Part shown: piece by piece, positions 62,440 to 64,000 of the stretch
How positions within the stretch are numbered: the first letter of the stretch is position 1
Layout: each line of letters begins with the position of its first letter
Assembly: GCF_006345805.1 (NCBI RefSeq)
Contig: NC_042998.1
Span: 24,366,001-24,430,000, forward strand
DNA from: Octopus sinensis
Taxonomy: Eukaryota
Reading direction: 5' to 3'
Length of the DNA: 64,000 bases
The notes under the pieces: generated by a model
Seen by the model: the letters and a program-made list of their open reading frames with translations, nothing else
Databases searched by the model: none
Told to the model about the DNA's origin: nothing
Program-made: the position numbers and the translations under genes

Positions 62440-63900
62440 TGTGATGTAGGAAGTCAAGTGATCAAAAAGTTGAAGTCAATCATAGATAGTCGTGTCTTGT
62501 CTAACTAACTGTATTGCTATACCGAAGTACAGTTGGATTACTACAGTGGTGATAAGAAATTAACAAACTCACTAGGATCAAACAAATTCACAAGGAGTTA
62601 TGAAACTCACAACAGTTTTTTTTTTGTGTGAATTTTATGATATACAAAATTGTAAAATTATGGAAGAATTGTTGGTCAGTTTGCTCGAGCTGCAAAAACA
62701 GCAACAACAACAACAACAACAACAACAATTACAGCAACTGCAACAACAGTTATTATTACAGCAGCAGATACTGCAATTAATGAATAGTAAGTTATCCAAA
62801 AATGCTGAAAAGGCATTCTTGTCAGATTATGTTACAAACTCAATAACAGAATTTAAATATGAATCAGATGAAGGAGATACAAACAGATCTTCAATAAAGA
62901 GTGCAAAGATTGGGATGACAATATGAATACATGTCTGATCGTAAGAAAACTGGCAGCAGGAGAACATGAGGGTTACAGAAATTACATACTCCCGCAAAAC
63001 CCTTCTGACATAAACTTTAAAAATACAAAAGACATATTGTGTAAAATTTTTAGCAAGCAAAGCTTGTTGTTCAATACATGCTGGAAATGTTTGAATCTAG
63101 GAAAGAACAATGAGGAGGACTACATCACATATGTTGGTAGAGTTAACAGAAAATATGGAAAGTTCAAACTGTATGAGTTGATGCCAGACATACTCAAGTG
63201 CCTGATATTTACTCGGGGGCTTTTGGCAGAAAAAAGCGCAGAAATAAGAACAAGAATTCTTGCTAAACTGGAACACAACCAGGCTGTAACCTTACCACAA
63301 GTGTCAGAAGAGTGTGAAAGAGTAGTAAATCGAAGACATGTCACAGACAAAATTGAACATAAAGATTGTTCCCAAGCGAAACAAGTGTAAAACAGGCAGA
63401 ATAGAAATCGTGTTTGTACTGAAATACAGTAGAAACAGGACAAAAGTCAGGAAACAAAGCCATGTTTTGAATGTGGCGGTCTATAGCTGAGAAAAAAAAC
63501 TGTCCATTTAAGAACGTGGGATGTTTCTGTTGTGGAAAAATTGGATATATAAAAGTGCCCTGTGAAACCAAGATGACAAAACGTTGGAACAAAGAAAAAG
63601 AGTAAACAAGATGTCGTCGAAAGAAAATGGTAATGCGACAAAGTGGGAATTCGTAAATGTGTTGATTGAAAATATAATATAAGAGTAAAAATACAGTTAG
63701 AGACTGGAAGTGATACCATTATGAATGAAGAAACTCGGAAGTATCAGGTCAGTCTATAAATAACGAGATTTTTGCAACAGCATGAACTAAAGGTTGGAGG
63801 TGGATGGGATAAACTACCTGTATCAACTTGCTATAAAAGCAGGTAGTAATTTTACCTTGTTCCTTATTCTTAGTGCAAGTTTTGAAGAGTGCAGTTTGAT
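62440..63900 (+). mobile_element. Ty3/Gypsy retrotransposon 5' remnant: short LTR, PBS, gag, protease (pseudogenised)
   Basis: Putative LTR TG...ACTACA 62440-62545 followed by GTGGTGATAAG (PBS-like); gag from 62660 with RKLAAGEHEGYRNYILP...LFN...KCLIFTRGL...IRTRILAKLE; Cys-knuckle remnants PCFECGG / CPFKNVGCFCCGKIG; protease site mutated to IQLETGSD at ~63700. Confidence 0.8.
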
Positions 63901-64000
63901 TTTAACAGTTATTTTTTCAAAGCTATAATGGAAGTAACAAAGGAGCATATTCAGCATATTTTTGCTTTATGAGTTCAATAACGGCAACAACGCAACGGAA

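Overview
AT-rich, repeat-saturated eukaryotic DNA. The SINE families and microsatellites look like an octopus/cephalopod genome (recognition, not a database result), and the window is intronic or intergenic. No host protein-coding gene could be confidently identified. Almost all ORF-track entries are translations of microsatellites or SINEs. Content: several tRNA-headed SINE families; an RTE-tailed SINE-like family with internal minisatellites; remnants of CR1-like and R4/Dong-like LINEs; a Ty3/Gypsy 5' LTR-gag-pro remnant; Tc1/mariner, DD37D/maT-like and Tigger/pogo transposase remnants; piggyBac-type MITEs; a Helentron-type non-autonomous element; and several foldback elements. The most notable signal is RNA-structural. 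I count 14 minimal type-I hammerhead ribozyme (HHR) motifs, intact or decayed, in 6 sequence families. Nearly all have a palindromic helix III, and the 3:8 core pair covaries (C:G, U:A, G:C). One family sits at the 3' end of a tRNA-headed SINE, forming a Pol III-type head + ribozyme composite. One copy of that ribozyme is split exactly in its loop II by a CR1-like LINE. R4/Dong-like LINE ends and a non-coding partner element repeatedly occupy (TAA)n tracts.
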